DNA of 64,000 nt from Candidatus Latescibacterota bacterium. GTDB lineage: Bacteria > Latescibacterota > UBA2968 > UBA8231. The notes below the pieces were generated by a model. It was not told the origin of the DNA. It saw only the letters and a program-made list of their open reading frames with translations, and made no database searches. A program made the position numbers and the translations under genes. The stretch lies in contig CBDCSU010000004.1 in the NCBI GenBank assembly GCA_965221775.1, positions 1,116,011-1,180,010 of the forward strand, written 5' to 3'. This document shows positions 47,462 through 57,492 of this stretch, one piece after another (the first letter of the stretch is position 1; every line of letters starts with the position of its first letter).

Positions 47462-48487
47462 ATGCGCCCAGACGAGATCCAGGCCGCCATCGACCGCTGC
47501 CCCCGCCGGCGGCTGCTGCACCTGCCCACCCCCCTGCAGCCGCTGGACCGCCTCCGGGAGGTCGTCGGCGGCCCCCGGGTCTGGGTGAAGCGCGACGACC
47601 TGACGGGGCTCGCCTTCGGCGGCAACAAGTCCCGCTATCTCGAGTTCACCCTCGCCGAGGCGATCGAGCAGGGCGCCGACGCCGTGGTGCTCAGCGCCGT
47701 GGTGCACTCCAACCACTGCCGGCAGTTCGCCGCCGCCGCCGCCCGCCTGGGGCTGGAGGCGGTGGTCGTCCTGCGGCAGAGCGACACCCCCATGGGGCTC
47801 ACCGATCCGGTGACCGGCAACTACCTGCTGCACCAGCTCTTCGGCGCCCGGGTGCGGATCGCCCCGCCGGAGGGGGTGGGGGCGGTCATCGAGGAGGAGA
47901 TGGAGCGCCTCCGGCGCCGCGGCCGCACCCCCTTCACCGGGGTCTCCGCGGTCCTGTCCCGCGTCGCCTACGTGCAGTGCGCCCTGGAGCTGGCCGCCCA
48001 GTGCGACGCGGCCGGCCTCGACCCGGCGGAGGTCTTCGTCGGCTCCGGCGGCAACAGTCTCGCCGGACTGGTGGCGGGCTTCCGGCTGCTGGGCCGGCCG
48101 ACCCCCTTCATCGGCACCCCCCAGAGCCACCTGGCCGACGCCGCGTCGGCCGCCGAATCGGTCGCCGCGAGAGCGGCCGAGGCGATCGACCGCCTCGGCC
48201 TGGCCTGCGATCCGCCGGCGACGGAGGGCATCCGGGTGGACGACCGCTGGGTCGGCCCGGGGTTCGGGATCCTCGACGGGCCCACCCGCGAGGCGATCGG
48301 TCTGCTGGCGCGGACGGAGGGGGTCCTGGTCGATCCCACCTACACGGGCAAGGCCTTCACCGGCCTGCTGGCCGAGATCCGCGGCGGCCGCTGGCCGGAG
48401 GAGGCCGATGTCGTCTTCGTGCACACCGGCGGCACGCCGCTGGTCTTCACCTACGGGCAGAGCCTGCTGGAGTCCCCGCCGGCCTGA
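47462..48487 (+). CDS. D-cysteine desulfhydrase/ACC deaminase family PLP enzyme
   Basis: LPTPL, VKRDDLTG.AFGGNK.R, SNHCR, DPTYTGKA, HTGG. Confidence 0.92.
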   Translation: MRPDEIQAAIDRCPRRRLLHLPTPLQPLDRLREVVGGPRVWVKRDDLTGLAFGGNKSRYLEFTLAEAIEQGADAVVLSAVVHSNHCRQFAAAAARLGLEAVVVLRQSDTPMGLTDPVTGNYLLHQLFGARVRIAPPEGVGAVIEEEMERLRRRGRTPFTGVSAVLSRVAYVQCALELAAQCDAAGLDPAEVFVGSGGNSLAGLVAGFRLLGRPTPFIGTPQSHLADAASAAESVAARAAEAIDRLGLACDPPATEGIRVDDRWVGPGFGILDGPTREAIGLLARTEGVLVDPTYTGKAFTGLLAEIRGGRWPEEADVVFVHTGGTPLVFTYGQSLLESPPA

Positions 48488-48505
48488 GCGCGCCCGAGCA
48501 GCGCC

Positions 48506-50473
48506 ATGTCCTCGACCACCGCCGCCGAGACCGCGAGCCAGCCGGTAACCCTCCGAGGGCTGCTGGTGGGGGCCGTCATGTGCGCGGTCATCGCCGTGGG
48601 CATCCCCTACGGCAGCATGGTGGTGCAGGGCACGCGCATGGGCCTCAGCTCGTGCACTCCTGCGGCGTTCTTCCTGCTCTTCGTGCTGCTCCTCACGGTG
48701 CAGGTCATGCTCGGGACCGTGCGCCGCACCTGGGCCCTGACCCGCGCCGAGCTGGTCACCGTCTTCATCATGATGGCCGTGGCCACCGCCATCCCCACCC
48801 GCGGGGTCACGGGCATGCTGCTGCCCATGATCACGGGGACCTTCTACTACGCCACGCCGGAGAACGACTGGGCGACCCTGATCCATCCGCTGCTCTCCGA
48901 CTGGATGGTGGTCTACAACCCGACGGCGGTGAAGGAGTTCTACGAGGGCAGCCGCAGCGGCACGGGGATCCCCCTGGACGTCTGGGCGCCGCCCCTGCTG
49001 CGCTGGTTCTCCTTCTTCGCCGGGTTCTGGCTCGTCCTCGTGTGCTCCATGGTCATCCTGCGGCGCCCGTGGGTCGAGCACGAGCGCCTCGTCTTCCCCC
49101 TGGCCCAGCTCTCCCTGGCCATGATCGAGGACCGCCGCGGCGACCGCGGCGAGATCCTCAAGCCGTTCTTCAAGTCCCCGGTCATGTGGTGCGGCCTCGC
49201 CATCCCGCTGATCCTGGGCAGCGTCAACGCCCTGAGCCACTACTTCCACTTCCTCTCGCCCATCAACCCCGCCGCCTCCGTGCCCCTCTTCCGCGACTCG
49301 GTGATCCTGCGGCTGCGGATCAACTACCTGATGTTCGGCTTCGCCTACTTCATCAACTCCGGCATCGCCTTCAGCCTGTGGTTCTTCTACCTCCTCAACA
49401 CCCTGCAGGAGGGCCTCTTCCGCATCGTCGGGATCCACAACGCCGAGGAGCTGGGGCCGTGGACCGGCTCCGGGCCGGTGGGGGCGATCATGGGCCACCA
49501 GATGATGGGCGCCCTCTTCGTGCTCGTGTTCTTCAGCCTGTGGACCGCCCGCGGCCACCTGAAGCAGGTGGCGCGCAAGGCCCTGGGCCGGGCCCCCGAG
49601 GTCGACGACAGCGGCGAGATCCTCTCCTACCGGGGCGCCCTCGGCGGGTTCGCCGCCGGCGTCCTCTTCATGGGCTACTGGCTGTGGAAGAGCGGCATCC
49701 CGCCGCACATCGTGCCCCTCTTCATCCTCTCGGCCCTGGTGATCCTCATCGGCCTGGCGCGGGTCATCGCCGAGGCGGGCATGCCCACGGTGACGCCGGA
49801 GATGGTGCCCGCCGGATTCGTGGTCTCGGGGGTGGGGGTCCCCGCCCTCGGCATGCAGGGCATGATCGCCACCGGGTACACCCTCGCCTGGATGGGAGAC
49901 CTGCTGGTCTTCATGACCGCGCCCCTGGCCAACGCCATGCGCCTCGGCTCCGAGGCCACGGCGAGGCGCCGCTGGCTGGCCGTGGCCATCGCCGTGGCCA
50001 TGGCCGTCGGCCTGGTCCTGTCGGCGTGGATGCTGCTGCACCTGGCCTACCGCGACGGCGCCCTCAACCTGCACCGGCAGTACTTCGGCGGCTTCGCCCA
50101 GTACCCCTCCAGCTTCGCCGCCAAGAAGCTGGCCACCCCCACCGGCCCGAACCTGATCGGCTGGCTGTGGACCGGCGGCGGCGGCGGCGTCATGGCCCTG
50201 CTCATGATGGCCCGCCACCGCTTCCCCTGGTGGCCCCTCCATCCCCTCGGCTTCGCGGTGAGCCCGGGCTGGGCCCTCAACAACATCTGGTTCTCCATCT
50301 TCCTCGCCTGGCTGATCAAGGTGGTGGTCCTCAAGTACGGGGGCCCGGGCCTGTACCGGTCGACGCGCCCCTTCTTCCTCGGCATCGTCCTCGGACAGTT
50401 CGTCGTCGGCGGACTGTGGCTGGTGATCGACGGCTTCACCGGGACCGTGGGCAACCGGATCCCGGTGTACTAA
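48506..50473 (+). CDS. DUF6785/DUF6784 polytopic membrane protein (putative transporter)
   Basis: LRRPW..ERLVFPL, RVIAEAG, WWPLHPLG, LKYGG; paralog of 32687..34849. Confidence 0.78.
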   Translation: MSSTTAAETASQPVTLRGLLVGAVMCAVIAVGIPYGSMVVQGTRMGLSSCTPAAFFLLFVLLLTVQVMLGTVRRTWALTRAELVTVFIMMAVATAIPTRGVTGMLLPMITGTFYYATPENDWATLIHPLLSDWMVVYNPTAVKEFYEGSRSGTGIPLDVWAPPLLRWFSFFAGFWLVLVCSMVILRRPWVEHERLVFPLAQLSLAMIEDRRGDRGEILKPFFKSPVMWCGLAIPLILGSVNALSHYFHFLSPINPAASVPLFRDSVILRLRINYLMFGFAYFINSGIAFSLWFFYLLNTLQEGLFRIVGIHNAEELGPWTGSGPVGAIMGHQMMGALFVLVFFSLWTARGHLKQVARKALGRAPEVDDSGEILSYRGALGGFAAGVLFMGYWLWKSGIPPHIVPLFILSALVILIGLARVIAEAGMPTVTPEMVPAGFVVSGVGVPALGMQGMIATGYTLAWMGDLLVFMTAPLANAMRLGSEATARRRWLAVAIAVAMAVGLVLSAWMLLHLAYRDGALNLHRQYFGGFAQYPSSFAAKKLATPTGPNLIGWLWTGGGGGVMALLMMARHRFPWWPLHPLGFAVSPGWALNNIWFSIFLAWLIKVVVLKYGGPGLYRSTRPFFLGIVLGQFVVGGLWLVIDGFTGTVGNRIPVY

Positions 50474-50487
50474 GGGCGGGAGTCCGC

Positions 50488-53400
50488 TCAGCGGGCGACG
50501 ACGAGGACGCCCGTCCGCCGGCTGTCGCCGCCGTCGACCCGGGCGCTGAAGAGGTAGGCGCCGTTGGCCAGGCCGGCCGGCGCCTCCCAGGGCAGGGCGT
50601 TGTACCCGGCCTCGCCGCTGGCCGTCACTTCCCCGACGAGGCGTCCCGCGAGGGTGTGCACGGTGATCCTCACCCGCCCCGCGGGAGCGCTGAGGGTATA
50701 GGAGAAGTGGCCCCCCTCGGCGGCCAGCGGGTTGGGATGGAACAGGAGGTCGGCCAGCTCCGCGTCGACCTCCTCCGAGACCCGCACCTCGAGCTCCCCC
50801 TCGGCCCAGTTGTTGCGCGCGTCCCAGGCCTCCAGGCGGATGCGGTGGCGCCCCGGCTCGAAGCCGGGCAGGTCGAAGCGGACCTCGCCCCGGCGGAAGT
50901 CGCCCACGGCGTGGTAGTCCCGGGTGACGTCGAGAACCGCGTCGTCGAGGTGCAGGCGGATGCCGTGGCCCACGTCGCCGGTGATGTTGACGCCGCTGGC
51001 GTCCCGCAGCGTCGCCCGCAGGGAGGCGTCGCCGCGCAGGACGTGGCCCTCCTCGAGGACGCGGCCGGCGTGCTCGAAGGCGATCGCCGGCCCCTCGTCG
51101 TCGTCGGAGGCCGCGGCCCCCGAGAGCCCGGTGAAGGCCAGCGGCCCGGCGGCTCCGTACGCCGAGACGCCCGGGCTCCAGGCGAGGGCGCTCGCCCGGC
51201 CGGCGAGGCCGCGGTAGGTGATGTCGCGGGGGACGAGGAAGTCCACGGCGAAGCGGCCCGAGGCGACGGGGAAGATCCCGCGGAAGAGCGGGTTCCCCGG
51301 GCGCTGGTACTCCAGGGTGAGGCCCTGCTCCACGCGGCGCCGCAGCGAGCTGGAGTCGAAGACCTGGAGGCGGACCCGGCCGTCGAAGGAGGGGACCTCC
51401 TCCCCCCCGCGGGTGATCCGCCCCACGAGGCGGGCCATCTCCAGGGCGCGCAGGGTGTCGGCCACCTCCAGCTCGACCCGCAGGCGCGGCAGCGCCAGGC
51501 GCGTCGCCGGATCTCCGAAGAGGCTGAAGCGGCGCGTGTTGTTGCGGTTCTGCACCGACACCAGCTTGGCCTCGAGCAGGGCCTGCCCCACGGGGACGCC
51601 CTCGCGGCCGCTGGTGAGCAGCCTCGCGTGGAAGTGCCGGGCCAGTTCCATGTTGCTGGGGTGGAACCCGACGCGGGTGGCGGCGATCATCGCCACCACG
51701 CCGCCCTCGCGCCGCTTCAGGAGGGCCTCCGGGATCGAGTCGCGGTTGGGATCGTCGAAGATGCCGAGCTGGCTGGCGGCGCCGTAGACCAGGGGCAGTC
51801 GGCGCCCGTTGTTCAGCTCCTGCAGGTCCTGGCTGAGGCGGAATATGACCTCGTGGGACAGGACCTGGGAGTTGCCGTGCCCCACCCAGGTGAGCAGCAG
51901 CGAACCCCGGGAGAAGCTCTCGAGGAAGTCCTCCCGGGCGCGCGGCTTGAAGCGGCCCTCCAGGGGGTAGTCGACGAGGTAGAGCTTCTCCACGTCGAGG
52001 TCCGGCGGCAGTTCGGCCGCCAGCTTCTCGGCGTCGATGACGAAGTCCCCCTCCACCCGCTCGGGCTTGTCCGCGTGGTAGGTGTCGTCTGCGGCCAGCA
52101 GCATGCGGCTGCGCCAGGGGCCCTGCTCCGGCTCGCGGTCGTAGGCGATGAGCTTGTCCACCACGGCGGCGGCCTCCTCGGTGGAGCGCACCGGGATCCG
52201 TCCCACGGCCATGTCCGGCAGGTCGTCGGCGCCGGAGACGCGCACGTACCACTCGTCGTAGGTGCTCTCCTCCTCCTCGTAGGGGGGGACCCAGTTGCCG
52301 ACCCCCGTCCCCAGGTTGTCGCGGTAGTCGAAGTTGCCGTCGCCGAGGAGGAGGACGAAGGCCGGGGAAGGCCGTCCCTCCTCGAAGGCGTGGTGGAGGA
52401 AGTTGCGCAGCGCCGACGGGTCGAGGAGCCCGCCGGAGAAGGCGTCGTAGATCTCGTCGGTGAGGACCACCTCGGTGGAGAAAGGCGGGCCGTGGCGGTC
52501 GTCGGCGGCGCGCCAGGCCGCCAGCCGGGCCGCCTCCGCCTCGAGGTCGGGGTGGGTGAGGACGAGGTAGTCGGCTCCCGGGAACCTGTCGAGGAGCCGA
52601 TGAGGCTGGCGCTCCTCGATCCTCGGGGGGCGGCGGATCCCCGCGGGCCCGGCCACGGCGTACCGGGCCCCGGGGGCGGCGCTGTCGGCGAAGGTCACGC
52701 GGCCCTCGGCCGGGGAGTGCTCCAGCCCCGCCACCTCGCGCAGGCCGCCGTCCTCCACGGCGAAGACGCGGGGGGCCTCCTCGAAACCCGTGGCGCGGTA
52801 GGCGGCGGCCCCCGGCCGGGCCGGCAGGAACAGCTGCCCCGCCTCGGCGTGGGGGCGGCGCTCGTACTCCACCTCGAACCAGTCGATCAGCACCCGCCAC
52901 CCCCGGAGGTGACGGACGCGGAGCTCGTTGATCCCCTCCACCGCCCCCGTGGTCCGCACCTCGGAGACGAAGGGACCGTCCTCGCCGGCCCTCGCCTCAC
53001 CGGCTCGACGCCCGTTCCAGTAGATGCGCAGGGACTCGCCGGCCTTCGTCTGCGAGATGCCCCCGAGGCGTATGAGGACCGGCGTCTCCCCGGCGGGCGA
53101 CCGCAGCACGGCGGAGAAGGTCTCCTCGTCGCCGGCCGACATCCTCAGCCAGTACCACTCGGTGCCGCTGGCGATCCTCTCCGGCGTGGTGTGGGTCGGG
53201 AAGTGCTCGCCCTCGAGGCGGAGCCGCTCGGTGAAGCGGTCGACGGCCTCGGCCGCCGCCGCCGGAGGCGGGCGAGGCTCCCGGCGCAGGGCGCGCCCGG
53301 GATCGGCGGCGGCGAGCCAGTACACGTTCTCGCCGGTGAAGGGGTTGTGCAGCCAGCGGCTGTCGTCCCCCTCCCCCTCCCAGCGGGAGGAGGCCTCGCC

Positions 53401-54168
53401 GTAGAACAGCAGCTGGTCCTCCGCGTCGAAGGTGCCGTCTCCCCCGTCGTCGACGATCACCGCCACCGGCTCGAGGGGGTGGGGCCCCCGGAGGTCGTCC
53501 GCGGCGAGGGGGCGGCCGCCGCCGTAGAGCAGGGCCAGGCCGGAGCTGGCCGCGCCCCGGGCCCCCGGCAGGTCGGCGCCGGTGAGGCGGTAGAGCCCGG
53601 TGCTGCGGATTGTGATCTTGTACACGGGCCCGGCCGCGGCGGGTCCGGCGGGCCTCAGAGCCTGCCGCGGCCGGCGCGGCAGCCGCCACCGGCGGGCCTG
53701 CTCGTGGTTGAGTACGGTGCCGGCGTAGAGGGCCTCGTCCGTCCCCGGGGAGGAGGGCCGCCCCGGGCCGCGGGGCTCGGCGAAGCGGACCTCGGCCACG
53801 ACCCGGCCCAGCGGCTGCGGCCCCTGGCGTCCGGAGAACCGGATGCGGGCCACGCGCTGGCGGCGGAAGCGGCCCACCTCGAGCAGCTCCGCCGCCGGCG
53901 GCGGCGGCAGCCACACCTCCGGCTCCGGCCCGGACCCTTCGCCGCAGACGATCCCCGCCGGCCCCTCCTCGAGAGTCAGCAGGTGCAGGGTGGGCTCCGC
54001 CCCCGGAGGCAGGCCGACGAGCACGCTCTCCGAGGCGGCGCAGGGCCGCGTGACGCGGTGCTCCAGGCGCAGCGAAGAGTCGTCGAGGCCCAGCATCCGC
54101 ACGTCGCCCGCGGTCGCCGCCGCCGCGGCCAGCAGCAGAAAGGGGAGCCTCCGGCCGGGCTCAGTCAT
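50488..54168 (-). CDS. porU: Type IX secretion sortase PorU-like (peptidase C25)
   Basis: EIYDAFSGG..DP.ALRNF, LLLGDG.FDY, VGRIP, ADD, WVGHG, LFGDPA, DDEGPAI, DASGVN..G.VGH, AWDARNN, C-terminal PNP domain. Confidence 0.85.
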   Translation of the reverse strand: MTEPGRRLPFLLLAAAAATAGDVRMLGLDDSSLRLEHRVTRPCAASESVLVGLPPGAEPTLHLLTLEEGPAGIVCGEGSGPEPEVWLPPPPAAELLEVGRFRRQRVARIRFSGRQGPQPLGRVVAEVRFAEPRGPGRPSSPGTDEALYAGTVLNHEQARRWRLPRRPRQALRPAGPAAAGPVYKITIRSTGLYRLTGADLPGARGAASSGLALLYGGGRPLAADDLRGPHPLEPVAVIVDDGGDGTFDAEDQLLFYGEASSRWEGEGDDSRWLHNPFTGENVYWLAAADPGRALRREPRPPPAAAAEAVDRFTERLRLEGEHFPTHTTPERIASGTEWYWLRMSAGDEETFSAVLRSPAGETPVLIRLGGISQTKAGESLRIYWNGRRAGEARAGEDGPFVSEVRTTGAVEGINELRVRHLRGWRVLIDWFEVEYERRPHAEAGQLFLPARPGAAAYRATGFEEAPRVFAVEDGGLREVAGLEHSPAEGRVTFADSAAPGARYAVAGPAGIRRPPRIEERQPHRLLDRFPGADYLVLTHPDLEAEAARLAAWRAADDRHGPPFSTEVVLTDEIYDAFSGGLLDPSALRNFLHHAFEEGRPSPAFVLLLGDGNFDYRDNLGTGVGNWVPPYEEEESTYDEWYVRVSGADDLPDMAVGRIPVRSTEEAAAVVDKLIAYDREPEQGPWRSRMLLAADDTYHADKPERVEGDFVIDAEKLAAELPPDLDVEKLYLVDYPLEGRFKPRAREDFLESFSRGSLLLTWVGHGNSQVLSHEVIFRLSQDLQELNNGRRLPLVYGAASQLGIFDDPNRDSIPEALLKRREGGVVAMIAATRVGFHPSNMELARHFHARLLTSGREGVPVGQALLEAKLVSVQNRNNTRRFSLFGDPATRLALPRLRVELEVADTLRALEMARLVGRITRGGEEVPSFDGRVRLQVFDSSSLRRRVEQGLTLEYQRPGNPLFRGIFPVASGRFAVDFLVPRDITYRGLAGRASALAWSPGVSAYGAAGPLAFTGLSGAAASDDDEGPAIAFEHAGRVLEEGHVLRGDASLRATLRDASGVNITGDVGHGIRLHLDDAVLDVTRDYHAVGDFRRGEVRFDLPGFEPGRHRIRLEAWDARNNWAEGELEVRVSEEVDAELADLLFHPNPLAAEGGHFSYTLSAPAGRVRITVHTLAGRLVGEVTASGEAGYNALPWEAPAGLANGAYLFSARVDGGDSRRTGVLVVAR

Positions 54169-56389
54169 CGCGGATCACCGCCAGCTTCCCCCGCGCCCTC
54201 GCCGCGGCGCCGCCCAGGCCGAGGGTGTAGTAGTAGACCCCCGAGGCGACGGCGGAGCCGCCGTCGTTCCTCCCGTCCCAGAGGACCGCCCCCCCGAGGT
54301 CGGTCTCCAGGGTGCGCACCAGGCTCCCGGCGGCGGAGAACAGGCGGACCCGGGCGCCCGGCGGCAGGCCCTCGAAGGTGACCCGGGCGCCGGCCCCGGA
54401 GACGAAGGGATTGGGGTAGATCCGCACCCCCTCGTCCAGCTCTCCCTGCCCGGCGGCCACGCGCAGCCCGCCGAGGCCCCCGCGGGTGCCGATCCACAGC
54501 TGGCCGCTGGTCTCGTCGAAGCGCAGGGCCAGCACGTGGTCGTCCACCAGGCAGCTGTTTTCGGCGGTGTACGTCTCCACGAGGCGGCCGGAGTCGTGGA
54601 GCTGGGTCAGCCCCCCCTCGGTACCGACCCAGACCGACCCGCGGCCGTCGAGCTCGATGTCGGTGATCACCGGGGAGGCGAGGCCGTGGTCGCGCCGGTA
54701 GGCCCGCCAGCTGACGATCTCGAACTCCCTCGACTCCCGGTCGTACCGGTAGCGGGCCCGGAACAGGCCCTCGGGCGTGCCGATGTAGAGGACCTCGCCG
54801 GTGGCGGCCAGGGTCCTGACCTCGTCGCTGGTCATGCGCGGCTCGGTGCCGGAATCGAGGGAGATGACGTGATCGTCCCCCGGGTCGAAGGGGGTGCCGC
54901 CGTCGTCGAAGAGGAGGACGCCGTCGAGGACGGCGGCCATCAGCAGCAGCCCCTGGCCGTCGGCGACGACCTCGTTCAGCTCGCGGCCCCGGGTCAGCCC
55001 GAGGCTCTCTAGATCGTGGAGGTGGCTGGCGCCGGTGCCCGGGTCGAAGACGGCGAGCCCGGCCTGCAGGTTGAGGGCCCACACCCGGCCGCCGCCATCG
55101 ACGGTCAGGTCGTTCACCACGACGAAGCTGGAGGAAGCGACGACCCCCCGGAGAGCGGAGTTCGTCTGGTCCAGCCGCCGCCAGCCGCCGCCCGGGCCCC
55201 GGACCCCGATCCCCTGGCCCCAGGTCCCCGCCCACACGCCGCCGTCGGCGGTGACCTCCACGGCCACGGCCACGTCCGAGGGCAGGCCGGAGCCGACTCC
55301 GTGGACCCTCCAGCCCACGGCGGTCATGTGCGCCACCCCGATGGGGCTCCCCTCGCGGTCGTTGGGCACCACCGCCGCCCACAGCTCTCCGTCCGGGGTC
55401 GCGGCCAGGTCGTGGAAGCTGGTGGCCGGGGGATCCCCGGCGTCGGGAAGGGGAGGGCCTCCGAGGGAGCGGAGCCCGCCCCTCGTGCCCACCCAGGTCT
55501 CGCCCTCCCCCCTGGCGATGGCCAGCGGCTCCGCCGGCGCGGAGCCCACCACCGTCCACTCTCCGGGGCCGCGGCGCTCGTAGACGATGCCGCGGGTGGC
55601 CGCCAGGAGCGCACCGCCGCCGCCGCCGAGCACGCGCACGCCGACCGGGGCGGCCTCCGGTTTCCACCCTCCCTCCTCCAGGCGCCACGGCCCCGTCTCG
55701 CCCAGGGCCAGCAGGGCGCCCCCGGCGGAGACCAGGGCTGCCACCGCCCCGGGCCTGTCCTCGGTGAGCCAGGAGTCCGGGTTCTGCAGGTTCTCCGCCG
55801 CCAGGTCGGCCCAGGCCACGCCCTCGGGGGTGCCGGCCACCAGCATTCCCGAGTGCTCCACGAGGGCGGTGACCCCCGTGTTGCGGGGGAAGTCGCCCAG
55901 TTGCCAGTAGTTCTCCTGCACCCGCAGGACCTCGGTGAGGAGGACGCTGATGCCGGCGTCGCTGCCCACGTACATCCTGTCCCGCACGTGCAGGAGGGCC
56001 CTCACGCCGAGGTCGGCGAACGTCGTCAGGAGCGGGTCGAAGCGCGAGCCGGCCCTCCGGTAGCGGCCGATGCCGCCGAAGTCGGAACCGAACCACAGAT
56101 CTGCCGCCGCGTCCGCGGCGATGGAGGTGATGCGGCCCTCGGGCAGGCCCTGCAGGCGGGTGAGGCGGGCGTACTCGCCGGTCCTCCGGTCGAAGTGCAG
56201 CACCCCTCCGTCGGTGGCCGCCCACACGCCGCCGGACTCGGAGAGGAGGGCGTTCACCGGCCGCATCCGGGTCAGGGCGGACCAGTTCCCGCACCCCGCC
56301 TGCGCGTCGGCCGGGCCCGCCAGGGGGAGGAGACCGGCGAGGACGGCCGGGGACAGGCTTCTCAGGATGTGCTGGCTCTTGAGAGACAC
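54161..56389 (-). CDS. porZ: PorZ-like double beta-propeller protein with C-terminal sorting domain
   Basis: Signal peptide, WAATDGG, repeated W.GT..G propeller blades, YPNPF...WDGRN..VASGVY...GKLAVIR; adjacent to porU. Confidence 0.75.
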   Translation of the reverse strand: MSLKSQHILRSLSPAVLAGLLPLAGPADAQAGCGNWSALTRMRPVNALLSESGGVWAATDGGVLHFDRRTGEYARLTRLQGLPEGRITSIAADAAADLWFGSDFGGIGRYRRAGSRFDPLLTTFADLGVRALLHVRDRMYVGSDAGISVLLTEVLRVQENYWQLGDFPRNTGVTALVEHSGMLVAGTPEGVAWADLAAENLQNPDSWLTEDRPGAVAALVSAGGALLALGETGPWRLEEGGWKPEAAPVGVRVLGGGGGALLAATRGIVYERRGPGEWTVVGSAPAEPLAIARGEGETWVGTRGGLRSLGGPPLPDAGDPPATSFHDLAATPDGELWAAVVPNDREGSPIGVAHMTAVGWRVHGVGSGLPSDVAVAVEVTADGGVWAGTWGQGIGVRGPGGGWRRLDQTNSALRGVVASSSFVVVNDLTVDGGGRVWALNLQAGLAVFDPGTGASHLHDLESLGLTRGRELNEVVADGQGLLLMAAVLDGVLLFDDGGTPFDPGDDHVISLDSGTEPRMTSDEVRTLAATGEVLYIGTPEGLFRARYRYDRESREFEIVSWRAYRRDHGLASPVITDIELDGRGSVWVGTEGGLTQLHDSGRLVETYTAENSCLVDDHVLALRFDETSGQLWIGTRGGLGGLRVAAGQGELDEGVRIYPNPFVSGAGARVTFEGLPPGARVRLFSAAGSLVRTLETDLGGAVLWDGRNDGGSAVASGVYYYTLGLGGAAARARGKLAVIRDD

Positions 56390-56395
56390 CCCACG

Positions 56396-57340
56396 TCAGC
56401 GGAAGACGGCCTGGATCATGGCGCGGATGTAGCCGATCGCGTAGGCGGTGCCCGCCCACCCGGCGCCCGCGGAGGCGATGCCGGGAGTGTGGTCGAGCAT
56501 GAAGGGGCCGTCGAAGCCGATCTCCCGGTAGGTCCGCATGGCCAGGTACATGTCCATGTCGCCCTCGTCGACGAAGACCTCCTGGAAGTTCCCGAGGCCG
56601 CCGCGGATGTTGCGGAAGTGGACGGTGCCGATCTTGCCGAGGCGGCCGATGCGGCGGATGGCGGCGGGGATCTCCTCGCCCATCTCGGCGACGCAGCCCT
56701 GGCAGAAGAGCATGGCATTCGCCTCGCTGGGGGCCAGGCCGAAGAGGCTCTCGAAGTCATCGAGGGTGGACAGGACCCGGGCGGCTCCCCCGAGGGGCTC
56801 GGCGATGGGCGGGTCGTCGGGATGCGCGGTGAGCAGCACGCCGCTCTCCTCGGCGGCCGGGACGATGCGCTCGACGAAGGTGGCCAGGTTCCGGCGCAGG
56901 CGCTCCTCGGAGATGCGCAGCTGCGGATGGTCCTGCGGGTTGGCCCGGAACTCGTCTTGGTCGAAGGTGCTGTAGCGCGCGCCCCCCCGGCCGATGGTCG
57001 GCTCGGTGCGGAAGTTGCCGATGCCCCGGAAGTTGTAGCCCAGGGTGGGGATCCCAGCGGCGCCGAGGTTGCGGATCATCGTGCACCAGCCCTCGATGCC
57101 CTCGTCGCGGCCGTCGCGGCCGTGGATGATCGTGCGCTCCGGCCGCAGGCCGACGTTGTGGAGCTTCATGCCGTGGGCCTCGACCTTGCGGCAGGCGTCC
57201 TTCCACAGTTCGGTGCGGTCCTCGCCGGCCCGCGGAGGCGGCGGGTGCATGATCGCCACGTAGTCCACGCCGATCGCCTTCAGGGTCCCGAGGGTGTCGT
57301 CGGTGAGGTCGTCGAGCGTCAGGTGGTGTTGCACCGTCAT
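56396..57340 (-). CDS. uxuA: Mannonate dehydratase
   Basis: GIPTLGYNF, HPDDPP, FCQG, VHFRN, FVDEGDMD, DHTP, YAIGYI. Confidence 0.88.
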   Translation of the reverse strand: MTVQHHLTLDDLTDDTLGTLKAIGVDYVAIMHPPPPRAGEDRTELWKDACRKVEAHGMKLHNVGLRPERTIIHGRDGRDEGIEGWCTMIRNLGAAGIPTLGYNFRGIGNFRTEPTIGRGGARYSTFDQDEFRANPQDHPQLRISEERLRRNLATFVERIVPAAEESGVLLTAHPDDPPIAEPLGGAARVLSTLDDFESLFGLAPSEANAMLFCQGCVAEMGEEIPAAIRRIGRLGKIGTVHFRNIRGGLGNFQEVFVDEGDMDMYLAMRTYREIGFDGPFMLDHTPGIASAGAGWAGTAYAIGYIRAMIQAVFR

Positions 57341-57492
57341 CGCATCGCTCCGGATAGCCGTGAGGGGCGGGCGGCCGGATAAACGGGCCTGACCGCGAGG
57401 TGGTCAAGATCGGATCGGTTGACGGAGTCTCGAGGACGGAGCGAGATTCGCCGGTTGTCCCCGGCGCGCCCGGTCCGCGAAAGGAGTCCGCC

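Noticed and set aside
47216-54381. Very long ORFs of 1894 aa (-) and 2134 aa (+), and similar ones at 31526..35899, 32566..36231 and 59899..63978
   Set aside because: Shadow frames of high-GC genes: Arg/Gly/Pro-rich and overlapping motif-supported genes. Only the 3' parts of 31526.. and 59899.. are real genes.
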